IMG/VR virus record: IMGVR_UViG_3300032050_000024
Location: 1 to 64,000 of that record
Strand: one strand, 5' to 3'
Source: a virus
DNA length: 64,000 nucleotides
Both the position numbers and the translations under genes were made by a program. The notes beneath the pieces are model-generated. The model was not told the origin of the DNA and did not search any database. It saw only the letters and a list, made by a program, of their open reading frames with translations. Positions 44,810 to 54,239 of this stretch are shown piece after piece (position 1 is the first letter of the stretch; every line of letters starts with the position of its first letter).

Positions 44810-46665
44810 TATTTAACCTCACACGCTCCGCCTGCACAAGCTAATTCTCCTGATAAGTCAGTGTTATCATCAAGTTCAATTACTTGGCTCAAATCAATAT
44901 TAGTTAATGATTTTAACATAGATTCATATTGTTCTTTGGTAATATCCTCGAAGGGCGCTTGAGTATATGTTCCTCCATCATATGGTAATACTGATAATCC
45001 GTTGTAATGATCTCTGTTATTCCACATCCATTCTCCTGCTAATTCCCATTCATCTGCCTTAAGTGATACTGTTGCAGATACATTGTGAGTATTGTTTCCC
45101 GTTCTATGTCCTGGTTTAACCCATTCTAAATGTACTTTCTTAATGCGATCTAATAATTGGAATGGGGATTCTGTTCTTAGGATTGCACCTTCTGGAGCTT
45201 TTTGTGGTATTGAAATAACTGCAGTGTCATGTGGTCGGAAATATTCATCTTCAACTAGCTCTGGATGATTAATTGCTAGGTATGTATAAATTGCTTCATT
45301 TTTTCCTACACGTATTCTTCTTACATAGTAATCGTTGTGCCAAGCATGAATGCCCGATGATGTTCCTAAAGTAAGTGATGTTGTTCCTGCAGGTTTAACG
45401 GTTGTTGTACGAGCTGAGCGATTAATACCAATAATGCTAGCAACTCTTTCATTTTCTGTTTTTACAGCTTTTGCTGCAGCTTTCATATCATAACCTAAAA
45501 CTGTTCCAGATCCGATACCTGTCATCGATACGCCAATAAGTGCATCTTTCTCAGTTGTACGTTTCCAAATTGGACGAAGGTAATGAAAATCAGTATAACC
45601 TGCTTGAAGTGTTCCAATAAATGCTGCTGCTTTTACTCGTTCTTCTAAATCTTCTTGTGATTCAATATCCGATGCATTTACTTCACAAAGATTACAGAAT
45701 TGAAACGGACGAAGTGCAATTTCGCAACATGGGTTAGTTCCCCAATCTTTATCATTAGAAAGATATATTCCGGGTTCTCCAGCATTTGATAATTCAACAC
45801 GTTTCCACAAATCCATAAAGAAATCTCTTGTTACTTTGTGACGTATTAATACTGCTGAATTATTTGCCCGGCCTCTTTGTGGATTATTTTCCCACCAGTT
45901 GCCTGACTTACATGAAATCATTTCTTCATCATCTGCTGAAAATAAAGATATAAGTGCAGCTCTACGAATTCCTCCTGCTAGTACCGCATCTGCAACGTGA
46001 CAAACCATATCATGTACTTCAATTGGAGAAAGTTTGTCGCCATCTTCTTTTGCATCTAAAATACCTGCTAGTTTAATCAAACATTCTTTAAGTGGTTGTG
46101 GACCTGGAGCTTTTCCTCCTGATGTAACCAATCTAGCACCTTTAGGACGGATATCACTAAAATCAAACACAAATGTTGATCCGCCTTCAAAATAAGATTT
46201 AACAACAGCTTTAACTGCATCTGCCCATCCCTCAATTGAATCTGCAATAAGGAATCTACGCGTTTTCTTTGGATTTGGTTTTCTAATTTCTGGTAATTTT
46301 TCTACATGATGTGATTGAACTGAATATCCAACACCTGTACCGCCTAAAAGTAAAAACATTGCTTCACCAAAAGCTCTGTAATCATCAATTGGTAAATATG
46401 CACAATTGTAAATTCGGTTAGGGGAGATTTCAATTGGTTTTCCTCCGAATTGCAAACTTCTCATTGAAGGCAATACTTTTTTGTCATATACAAAGCGATA
46501 TGCAGCTTCTATTTCATCCCGTAATGCAGGATATTTTTTTTGATGCATTTCTTTGTTTCTTGTAACTAATTCTTCCCAAGTCTCTCGGCGGTTGAGCTCA
46601 GGAATATACTTGGCATACTTCATGTATACCGTAATTTCACTCAAAATTTTGTTTGAAATCTCCAT
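44809..46665 (-). CDS. nrdJ: Class II (adenosylcobalamin-dependent) ribonucleotide reductase
   Basis: PSMRSL, YNC, GTGVG, TNPCCEI, CNL, VKPAGT, C-terminal CAGGAC; no beta subunit nearby. Confidence 0.9.
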   Translation of the reverse strand: MEISNKILSEITVYMKYAKYIPELNRRETWEELVTRNKEMHQKKYPALRDEIEAAYRFVYDKKVLPSMRSLQFGGKPIEISPNRIYNCAYLPIDDYRAFGEAMFLLLGGTGVGYSVQSHHVEKLPEIRKPNPKKTRRFLIADSIEGWADAVKAVVKSYFEGGSTFVFDFSDIRPKGARLVTSGGKAPGPQPLKECLIKLAGILDAKEDGDKLSPIEVHDMVCHVADAVLAGGIRRAALISLFSADDEEMISCKSGNWWENNPQRGRANNSAVLIRHKVTRDFFMDLWKRVELSNAGEPGIYLSNDKDWGTNPCCEIALRPFQFCNLCEVNASDIESQEDLEERVKAAAFIGTLQAGYTDFHYLRPIWKRTTEKDALIGVSMTGIGSGTVLGYDMKAAAKAVKTENERVASIIGINRSARTTTVKPAGTTSLTLGTSSGIHAWHNDYYVRRIRVGKNEAIYTYLAINHPELVEDEYFRPHDTAVISIPQKAPEGAILRTESPFQLLDRIKKVHLEWVKPGHRTGNNTHNVSATVSLKADEWELAGEWMWNNRDHYNGLSVLPYDGGTYTQAPFEDITKEQYESMLKSLTNIDLSQVIELDDNTDLSGELACAGGACEVK

Positions 46666-46710
46666 TGCGTAAATCCTTTTAAATGTTATTAACTTAATTT
46701 GTTTTTAGAT

Positions 46711-46742
46711 AAAAAAAGGCCGGAGTATTATATCCGTGCCTT
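46711..46742 (-). terminator. Intrinsic terminator-like hairpin between helicase and nrdJ
   Basis: Minus strand AAGGCACGGA-tataatac-TCCGGCCTT followed by a T tract. Confidence 0.65.
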
Positions 46743-46761
46743 ATTTCATATAAATATGTTT

Positions 46762-48117
46762 TTAGCCCAAAGTTCCTCCGAGATCTTTGAATTTTTGTGC
46801 CAAATTTTTCTTCATCATATTCTCGCCAGTTTTCATAACTTGCGTAGTTTGTTTACCTTGAGTTGTTTGCGGTTCAAAGAATTGGAACTGGCCATTGTTT
46901 GTGTTAATTTTACTAGGCAATGTAATACCATCGGGGCCGAATCTATTTTTAATAACATGGCCTCTACCGGTACCTGACATCTTATCTTCAACCTTTCTAG
47001 AAAGTGACATTAAAAAGTCAGCAACCATTACTTTTCCATATGATGATGCAATTTTATCTGCTTCAATAACATCTTCTTCTAAGGCGCTTCTTCCTGCTTG
47101 TGATGCAGTCCAAACTGGTATTCCATATTCCCCTGCCATTCCCCTTAACTCTTCGTATAACTCCTCTAAGGCTTCGTGCTTGTCCTTTTTTACGTTGATT
47201 TTCAACAAGTCACCATAATCTACAATAACTAATGCAGGTGTTTTACCTAGCATCATAGTCTTTTCTAAATGAGCTTTGATACCCATTACTCCTACTGATT
47301 TAGTTGGAAAGTATTTAACAATTAAATCTCCTGATAATCCATTCATTTTTTCTTGAACTGTATCCTGATGATGTTTAAGTGTTTGTGCATTGATTCCTGT
47401 TAATACTGAATCATAGCGTTGACCTACATAATTTTCATTAAGTTCCAACGTATAATGTATAACACAGTGTCCAGCTCGCATTGCATTTGCACCTATATTG
47501 ATAAGCATCCAAGATTTACCAATACCTGCGGGAGCCATTACTACTCCTAATTCTCCGGGGGCTAATCCACCATCCATTAAATCATCAATAACATCCCAAC
47601 CCGTTGTGATTGTATGACGTGAAGCTTCTGCATAACGTGCTGCAATATTTTGTTTGTATTCTAAACCAATATTGGTATCAGCACCTGCTTTCATTGCTCC
47701 GTCAATTTTGCTTTTTATTTCATCATAATTACCCATTTTGAGTAATCCTACTGAATCCATAATAGCTCTTTTGATTTCTTGATTCTTACAAAATCTTAAT
47801 ATCTCATCTTTTACGAAAGTAAGATCATCGGACTCCATATATCGAAAAACTTCTTTAAGCTGTTCTAATACAGCTGTTTTCAATATATCATTATCAATCT
47901 CAGTTATTTTTACTTTAAGTACATCTTTTGACGGAGGACATTTGTATTCTGCAAAATGCTGTAGTGTTACTTCTAACAACCAACTGTTTGCGTCTGATTC
48001 AAAATAATCCGGACTTATTATATCGGCAATTTGTTGTAAAAATGTTCTATCCGTAAATAATGCTGCTATTGTTTTTACTTGAAATCCGTATCCGTATTCC
48101 GATAATTTATCTGTCAT
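46762..48117 (-). CDS. Replicative DnaB-family helicase (gp41-like)
   Basis: APAGIGKS, YTLEL, VDYGDL, WTASQ, IKNRFG. Confidence 0.92.
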   Translation of the reverse strand: MTDKLSEYGYGFQVKTIAALFTDRTFLQQIADIISPDYFESDANSWLLEVTLQHFAEYKCPPSKDVLKVKITEIDNDILKTAVLEQLKEVFRYMESDDLTFVKDEILRFCKNQEIKRAIMDSVGLLKMGNYDEIKSKIDGAMKAGADTNIGLEYKQNIAARYAEASRHTITTGWDVIDDLMDGGLAPGELGVVMAPAGIGKSWMLINIGANAMRAGHCVIHYTLELNENYVGQRYDSVLTGINAQTLKHHQDTVQEKMNGLSGDLIVKYFPTKSVGVMGIKAHLEKTMMLGKTPALVIVDYGDLLKINVKKDKHEALEELYEELRGMAGEYGIPVWTASQAGRSALEEDVIEADKIASSYGKVMVADFLMSLSRKVEDKMSGTGRGHVIKNRFGPDGITLPSKINTNNGQFQFFEPQTTQGKQTTQVMKTGENMMKKNLAQKFKDLGGTLG

Positions 48118-48123
48118 ATAACC

Positions 48124-48152
48124 ATTATAATAAAAATGATGTTAAAATCAAA
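48124..48152 (-). promoter_or_regulatory. sigma70-like promoter TTTGAT-N17-TATAAT; ATG 6 nt downstream
   Basis: Recurrent motif. Confidence 0.6.
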
Positions 48153-49208
48153 TTATTTTTGTGTTTGTTTTGCAAAAGCATTTAATGATAACCAAGTATT
48201 GTTTAACCAATCTGGTAAATTTTTCATAACAGCCCACATCTTATCTTGATAAAATAATCTTTGAAATTCTGCTCGATTTAATTCGGTAATGGGTTGTTCC
48301 ATAATACCTCGTATCTTTGTTGCAGTTTGAGCTGGTATATCTAAAAGTTTAATATTCATAAGACGATAATTTTTATCTATCGTTTCATAATTATTAAGAA
48401 CTTTTTGATGACTTTTTGATTCGGTTAGCATTTTACATTTACTTTGCAAATCATCCAATGTAAACTCTTTACTACTTGCTAATTCCGGAAATGTTTTTAA
48501 TATAGTTTTTGGGCCAAAGCCATCTACTCCAGGAATGTTATCTGAAGCATCGCCTGTAAATGTACGATATACAACATAATTTTTAGGATGAACTCCAAAT
48601 TCTTCAATCAATGTATTTTCATCATACATTTTCTTTTTAATTGGAGACCAAACTTGCAATGTAGGACTAATTAATTGATAGAAATCTCTATCCGTAGAAA
48701 CTACTGTAATTTTTTTACTAATGTCTTCATACATTTGTGTTATGTATGCAATTGTATCATCTGCTTCAATTCCATCCATTGAAATAAATGTAACTGGCAA
48801 ATTATCTAAATATGAAACCAATCTAGAAAATTGGTGACGCATTGATTCTTGTTCTTCTTCTAGTGTAGATTCATGATGATCGTGACGACGCAATTTTGTT
48901 TTATTAGCTCGATTACCTTTATAATCACTGTATATTCGTCTTCGTTTTGCAGAGCCACCTCTTCCATCGAAAACAATAATACATCTACTAGGACGTAAAT
49001 CTCTAACCGTTTTTCCTATTGAATACAAAAAACCAGTAATTCCGCCAATATGATCGCCATCTTCATTATATGCAGGAGTTGCACCAAAGCTACGAATGAA
49101 AGTATTCAAACCGTCGAATACCATGAGATGATCATTGACATTCGACGGACTTGAATCCTTTTCTTGTTGTAACTGTTTGAATAATTCTTGATACCTATTC
49201 TTCATCAT
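48153..49208 (-). CDS. 5'-3' exonuclease / flap endonuclease (T4 RNase H / Pol I N-terminal-like)
   Basis: DGLN, VFDG, YKGNR, EADD, STDRDF.QL, GD.SDNIPGV.GFGPKT. Confidence 0.92.
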   Translation of the reverse strand: MMKNRYQELFKQLQQEKDSSPSNVNDHLMVFDGLNTFIRSFGATPAYNEDGDHIGGITGFLYSIGKTVRDLRPSRCIIVFDGRGGSAKRRRIYSDYKGNRANKTKLRRHDHHESTLEEEQESMRHQFSRLVSYLDNLPVTFISMDGIEADDTIAYITQMYEDISKKITVVSTDRDFYQLISPTLQVWSPIKKKMYDENTLIEEFGVHPKNYVVYRTFTGDASDNIPGVDGFGPKTILKTFPELASSKEFTLDDLQSKCKMLTESKSHQKVLNNYETIDKNYRLMNIKLLDIPAQTATKIRGIMEQPITELNRAEFQRLFYQDKMWAVMKNLPDWLNNTWLSLNAFAKQTQK

Positions 49209-50355
49209 AAACTTCGTCAGTGATTATTACATCATCAATTCCGCCATCAATACCTGCTTGGTATTTGAAAATATAAGCATCGCAAATTCTTTGATATAAC
49301 CTTTCTTTTACTTCTGGTTTAGAAATTACTTTATCAATAAAATTCTTTGATTGGAATTTGATTTCGCCATATGTTTCACCCGTTGCAATGTCAACATCTT
49401 CTAATGTATAATGTGCTCCAGATTGTTTAACTAAGTCAAACTTTTTCATTGTTTCTAACCAACCGCCATAATTGTCAATTCCGCTATCATAATAGATTTC
49501 GTAATTTACTTTTCTATGAGGAGGCCCCATACGATTCTTAACAACTTGAACTTCTGTTTTGCTTCCAACTACTTGTTCAACTCCATTAATCTTTGCTTTG
49601 ATCATACCTGTATTTTTCAAACGCAATCTTACCGAAGCGTGAAATGGAATTGCCTTACCACCTGCAGTAGTCCATTGATCTCCAAAAGATACTCCCATTT
49701 TAGTTCTAAGCTGATTGGTAAATATCAAACAAATCCTTTCGCGGGCAATCCAATTGGTAACTTTACGCATTGCTTTTGATAGAATAATTGATTTAGAAGT
49801 TGCATAACCATCTTTGTCATATTCAGCTGACATTTCAATCTTTGTAGATGCACCCATAATTGAGTCTACAATAATTGTAACCAAACGATCTTTATCTGAT
49901 TTACGAACTTGTTCAACAATTGTTTCAATAGTTTCAAATATTTCTTCAACTGTTTCTAATGGAACATACAACATTGTTTTTAAATCAACCCCAATTGCTT
50001 GAAGAAATTCACTACTAGTTGCTGCCTCTGTATCAATATAAACTGCCAATCCACCTTTCTTTTGCGTTTCTGCTAAAGTATGTGAAGCTAATAATGATTT
50101 ACCAGAAGCTTCTAACCCTGTAATTTCAGTAATACGACCTACAGGAAAGCCTCCGTGTGGACGGTTTGATATTGCTAAATCTAATGAATCACAACCGGAG
50201 GAAATCCATTCGGTAACATTGCTTGGAGCATCTTCATCGCCGGCTAAAAAGAAAGCGGTTTTAAGCGACTGCCCTTTGAATTGTTTGTTGATAGATTCCG
50301 CAAGGGTATTTGCCAAACTGTCTTCTATTTCCAGTTTACTTTTACTTTTTGCCAT
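49195..50355 (-). CDS. recA: RecA/UvsX recombinase
   Basis: GRITEITGLEASGKS, YIDTE, VDS, FTNQLR, GGKAIPFHASVRL, KNR. Confidence 0.92.
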   Translation of the reverse strand: MAKSKSKLEIEDSLANTLAESINKQFKGQSLKTAFFLAGDEDAPSNVTEWISSGCDSLDLAISNRPHGGFPVGRITEITGLEASGKSLLASHTLAETQKKGGLAVYIDTEAATSSEFLQAIGVDLKTMLYVPLETVEEIFETIETIVEQVRKSDKDRLVTIIVDSIMGASTKIEMSAEYDKDGYATSKSIILSKAMRKVTNWIARERICLIFTNQLRTKMGVSFGDQWTTAGGKAIPFHASVRLRLKNTGMIKAKINGVEQVVGSKTEVQVVKNRMGPPHRKVNYEIYYDSGIDNYGGWLETMKKFDLVKQSGAHYTLEDVDIATGETYGEIKFQSKNFIDKVISKPEVKERLYQRICDAYIFKYQAGIDGGIDDVIITDEVYDEE

Positions 50356-50369
50356 TTATAACTCCTTAA

Positions 50370-51146
50370 TTAAGCATTGAATAAATCATCAAATGCTGAT
50401 GCAATGTCTGTTTGTTTTGCTGGTGCTGATTTTGCTGCAGCTTTTGTAGGTGCAGGTGCTACTGCTTCTTCTTCCTCTTCTTCAACATCTGAATCTGCAT
50501 TTTCTGGATTCATCCATTCTGCTAATGCTTTTTCTAGTTCTTCATAAGTTGGCTCAGGAAACAAATCAGTAATTTCAGGTTGATTCATGATTTTTTGAGC
50601 AATCTCTTTGTCCTCAGTTGCAGCTTGAGTATTTGGTTTAACTCGGATTGCTGTCTTAGGATATGCTCCGCCTTCTGCTGGAGTAAATTCTACGTCAATA
50701 TCACGACCGTTAATTAAGTCTGTAATATCACCATAATCTGGATCTGAAATGATTGACAATAGTTCCGTATAAATTGTTTTACCAAATCCCCAAAACTTAA
50801 CTCCTTCAGATTCTTTTCCTCGGATAATTACGGGAACATAAGTACGCATTTTAGGTTCAATTTTACGACCCATTAGCCATTCATCTTTATCTCCGGTTTT
50901 CTTAAGTTTGTCTGCAAACTCAACAATTGGATCTGCATTACCGAATGTAATTGGAGATAACATTGATTTCTTTCCAATGTCATAATGAAAATACAATTCT
51001 AAGAATGGATTCTCTTTGCGATGTACGTACGGTACAATTCGGATACGTGTCTTACCTGCTTCAGGTTTCCACAAATTTTGTTTTTTGTCATCTTGCTTGT
51101 TAAGCTGATTGAGTTTCGCTTTGATAGCGTCTAAATTTAAAGCCAT
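50370..51146 (-). CDS. Single-stranded DNA-binding protein (gp32-like)
   Basis: LWKP..G...IRIVP, FWGFGK..Y, D...GRD, acidic tail ending AFDDLFNA. Confidence 0.85.
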   Translation of the reverse strand: MALNLDAIKAKLNQLNKQDDKKQNLWKPEAGKTRIRIVPYVHRKENPFLELYFHYDIGKKSMLSPITFGNADPIVEFADKLKKTGDKDEWLMGRKIEPKMRTYVPVIIRGKESEGVKFWGFGKTIYTELLSIISDPDYGDITDLINGRDIDVEFTPAEGGAYPKTAIRVKPNTQAATEDKEIAQKIMNQPEITDLFPEPTYEELEKALAEWMNPENADSDVEEEEEEAVAPAPTKAAAKSAPAKQTDIASAFDDLFNA

Positions 51147-51196
51147 TGTTTAAATCCTTTTTTTAAGTGGTTAATAAAATATAAAAATATAATTAC

Positions 51197-51258
51197 AATA
51201 TAAGTAATTAATGTGTTAAGTCCAAGTTAATTAAGTAATTTTTTATATAAATAAATAT
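51197..51258 (-). promoter_or_regulatory. Tandem promoters upstream of SSB: TTGGAC-N17-TATATT (51197-51225) and ATATTTAT (51251-51258)
   Basis: Both recurrent motifs occur in one intergenic region. Confidence 0.6.
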
Positions 51259-51647
51259 CAACGCCAAGCAATTTTCTTGAAGAAAACCAATGGAATAATG
51301 CGATATCCTGTTTCATCTGTAAGTATAAAAGAATTTTCATACATGGTCCAATCCAATTGGTATGTTTTATCTAATACGCCATTGTTTACCGCTCGAATTA
51401 TTTCATTCAAAGCATTTACAGTATACAAAGTATTGGTTTCTTTTTTGCGATGAATACTTATTGTGTTTTGACCTCGTTGAGTTCCGGCATCTGCATTGTA
51501 TGTACAATATAAATTTTCTGCAGCTTCTGCATTTGAAAATACAAATATTCGTTGTTCTGGTATTGTGTAACTGTGTTGTATGTAATCTACTACAATGTTT
51601 AAATCTGACTTATGTGCAAAGGTGCAAAGTAATTGCGTTCTTACCAT
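51258..51647 (-). CDS. Conserved phage hypothetical protein
   Basis: QLLCTF, HRKKETNTLYTVNALN, NNGVLD..Y..DW. Confidence 0.7.
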   Translation of the reverse strand: MVRTQLLCTFAHKSDLNIVVDYIQHSYTIPEQRIFVFSNAEAAENLYCTYNADAGTQRGQNTISIHRKKETNTLYTVNALNEIIRAVNNGVLDKTYQLDWTMYENSFILTDETGYRIIPLVFFKKIAWR

Positions 51648-52885
51648 TCATTTTCCTCGTTTATTTCTACATCACTCAAATCAATTTTATCTGCACCAAT
51701 TGCTTTTTCAATTATTCTTATCTTTCCGGCATCTATTACAACATATCGGAAATCTCTTGTTACTCGTATTCTGTCTTTTCTAAAAACAATGAATTGTAAA
51801 TCGCCGGCTACGATAGAATCAACGGCTTCTTGTAAATCCGTATCTAATTCGTCTGGATTTCTAACATATTTTAAACGACGTAATTCTGCATTAATATATG
51901 TTATGTCCTGGCTTCCGTCTTCTATTGGTTTAATTACTAATGATCCATCTGGCGTTTTTGTTATTGGCTCAATTGATAATTCTACAGGAGTTGCATTTGG
52001 CCCTCGTAAAATAACATTGGTAAAGCCTTGTATGTCAGAATTCAATGCATTTGCTTCTCGATAAAATTGCATTAAATATCCTTTATCTTTCATGTTCAAG
52101 TTACCTGCTAAAATAAATGAACGTCGTTCGTCTAAGTATGCAATTGCACTAAGTAATTGTTCATTAAAATATTTGTGAAAATCAAATTTAGGATTTTCTA
52201 CAGTTCCTCGTAGTTGGTCAATTCGTTTCAAAGTGGTTACAATTTCATCCCAAAATTTGAATCGGGTAACACTACCTTTAGTTCCTAATCTAATTGATTT
52301 TGCATTGCCTTTTCCGCCGGTATAATCTTTAATTTCATATGGTTGGCCGTTTGCAGTCATATCAAATGAAGAACCCCCTCCATTTATTTGTGCTCCATCA
52401 ATCAATGTTGCTAAAAAGATTTCGCCTTTTCCTAAACCTTTTGGTTCAATTCTAAATAAATCATAAGCTAATCCGCTACGGAAATTTACTTGATTTAGTG
52501 CTTCTTCTGATACGCCTGTTTGTGAATACAACATACTAGCAAACTGATTGCATTGTTCTTGTTGTAGATTGTTTAAAAATTGTAATGTAACAGCATCTGC
52601 TTCTGTTGGAAGCAAACTTAAAAACTTGCGAAATTGTTCTGATTTACCAGCTGTTGTTATAGCATCTACTAGTAATTGATTTTCTATAGAATCAAATTGA
52701 ATTGCTTCTGCAATAATTTGTTTTGCACTACCTTTGGCTCTTTCTACAATTTGTCGAGCTTCATCTGTTGAAATGTTTGCTACTTCTAAAAGAACATGAT
52801 AAAGTACTTCATAGTCTTTTGCGGTTGAAGGATAACCTTTTGGTAGTCTGTAACACCACTCCGTTAAAATTAAATCTATGTTCAT
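51641..52885 (-). CDS. Putative PD-(D/E)xK-fold protein with ILTE leader
   Basis: GKGE...FD......YEIK; ATATTTAT at 52909-52916. Confidence 0.5.
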   Translation of the reverse strand: MNIDLILTEWCYRLPKGYPSTAKDYEVLYHVLLEVANISTDEARQIVERAKGSAKQIIAEAIQFDSIENQLLVDAITTAGKSEQFRKFLSLLPTEADAVTLQFLNNLQQEQCNQFASMLYSQTGVSEEALNQVNFRSGLAYDLFRIEPKGLGKGEIFLATLIDGAQINGGGSSFDMTANGQPYEIKDYTGGKGNAKSIRLGTKGSVTRFKFWDEIVTTLKRIDQLRGTVENPKFDFHKYFNEQLLSAIAYLDERRSFILAGNLNMKDKGYLMQFYREANALNSDIQGFTNVILRGPNATPVELSIEPITKTPDGSLVIKPIEDGSQDITYINAELRRLKYVRNPDELDTDLQEAVDSIVAGDLQFIVFRKDRIRVTRDFRYVVIDAGKIRIIEKAIGADKIDLSDVEINEENEW

Positions 52886-54204
52886 ATTGTGATAGTTTTC
52901 ATTTTATCATAAATATTGCCAACTTTACATTTAATCGGGAAATTTCCTTGTTCTAACATGTTCTTAATTTGTGGCAATATGTTTTTTGCTTCTGAAAATT
53001 CAACATCAAAAAGTACTGAATCATATGTATAAAGTATCATACTGCTTTGATGTGATTTTAATATGCCTTGTACTTGTTGCAATTTCTGTACGGATACTTC
53101 CGTTTCTGTTGCTTGTAAATAGTAATTAAACAACTTATTTGCAGTCATATTCTTCAATGCATCTGCAGTTAGGCGCCGTTTAAGCACAGGCGTTTCTACA
53201 TAATGCTTTGATTTCCATTTAGCCCATAACTCATATATAAATGCGTTTACTTGCCGGAAAAATGGTATTGATAAAAACTCTGAATCAATGCCACCATAAA
53301 GTAATCGAAATGTAATCTGTTTGCTTTCTGCACGTTGTTCTTCAGTTAATTCCGTTACATCAAAATAAAATTGTCCTAAGTAATCATGTATTGATGCTGT
53401 TGGAAATTCATAACCAATAAGTTTTGCAATCAATCTAACATGATAAGAATCAAAGTCCATTTCTACAAGTGCACCATTTTCAAATCGGCTACAAAATGCA
53501 GATCTTGTTCCATCTTCTTTATTCATTGCAGCAAAATTGAATCCTCGATATGCATTACTTGGTCGACCTGTTACGGTATGATAATTGTATTGTGAATAAA
53601 CTCGACTTTCTTTTACAATTTCTGGCATACGAAATGTTTCCGTAACTTGTAATCCTGCAGATTCAATATTGGCAAATACACGCGGATATGTTGCATTAAA
53701 TTTAACGTATGAATCAGACATTTCTGCATTTGCACACATTGGCCAAGCATAGTGCCGAATCTTTTGACACATTTCAAAATGTTTTTGTAACGGTACTATT
53801 GCATTAACATGGGGCATTGCATTGTGCCTGCGCCAATAAAATTGATGGGCGGCAGTTGGATAATGTCCTTCTTCATATGCCTCGCCATATGTATACCACC
53901 ACAATGTTTTTACATCCCATACAGCATCATTACCTCCGATTTGAAGCCACTGCTTCTTATCATGAACAAAGATATTCTCTAATTGCAAAAATGCAGTTAC
54001 ATGTTGTGAAAAGCCCCTTAGTTGTTCAGTATGCCGTAACGGAATAATGCATTCATCATTTGCAGCAGTATATATGTATATTGCAACTAATGGATTTTGT
54101 GAAACATGTATTACGGGACTAGAAAATATAGGAACAAGCAAAGTTTTATTAGAAACACATTGATCTAATATGTTTAGTACATCTTGTTCATGATCTAGTA
54201 TCAT
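52882..54204 (-). CDS. Compact family A DNA polymerase-like protein
   Basis: TGRPSN, motif A DFDSYHVRL, motif B SKQITFRLLYGG, NYYLQATE, motif C YTYDS; start reassigned to MILDH at 54204. Confidence 0.8.
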   Translation of the reverse strand: MILDHEQDVLNILDQCVSNKTLLVPIFSSPVIHVSQNPLVAIYIYTAANDECIIPLRHTEQLRGFSQHVTAFLQLENIFVHDKKQWLQIGGNDAVWDVKTLWWYTYGEAYEEGHYPTAAHQFYWRRHNAMPHVNAIVPLQKHFEMCQKIRHYAWPMCANAEMSDSYVKFNATYPRVFANIESAGLQVTETFRMPEIVKESRVYSQYNYHTVTGRPSNAYRGFNFAAMNKEDGTRSAFCSRFENGALVEMDFDSYHVRLIAKLIGYEFPTASIHDYLGQFYFDVTELTEEQRAESKQITFRLLYGGIDSEFLSIPFFRQVNAFIYELWAKWKSKHYVETPVLKRRLTADALKNMTANKLFNYYLQATETEVSVQKLQQVQGILKSHQSSMILYTYDSVLFDVEFSEAKNILPQIKNMLEQGNFPIKCKVGNIYDKMKTITI

Positions 54205-54210
54205 ACTAGT

Positions 54211-54239
54211 ATAATATGAAAAAAATTGCAATTATCCAA
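54211..54239 (-). promoter_or_regulatory. sigma70-like promoter TTGGAT-N17-TATTAT; ATG 6 nt downstream
   Basis: Recurrent motif; marks the boundary between structural and replication genes. Confidence 0.6.

Noticed and set aside
46666-46761. Cobalamin riboswitch upstream of the B12-dependent nrdJ
   Set aside because: The intergenic region is under 100 nt, AT-rich and lacks a recognisable B12 box; only a simple hairpin is present.
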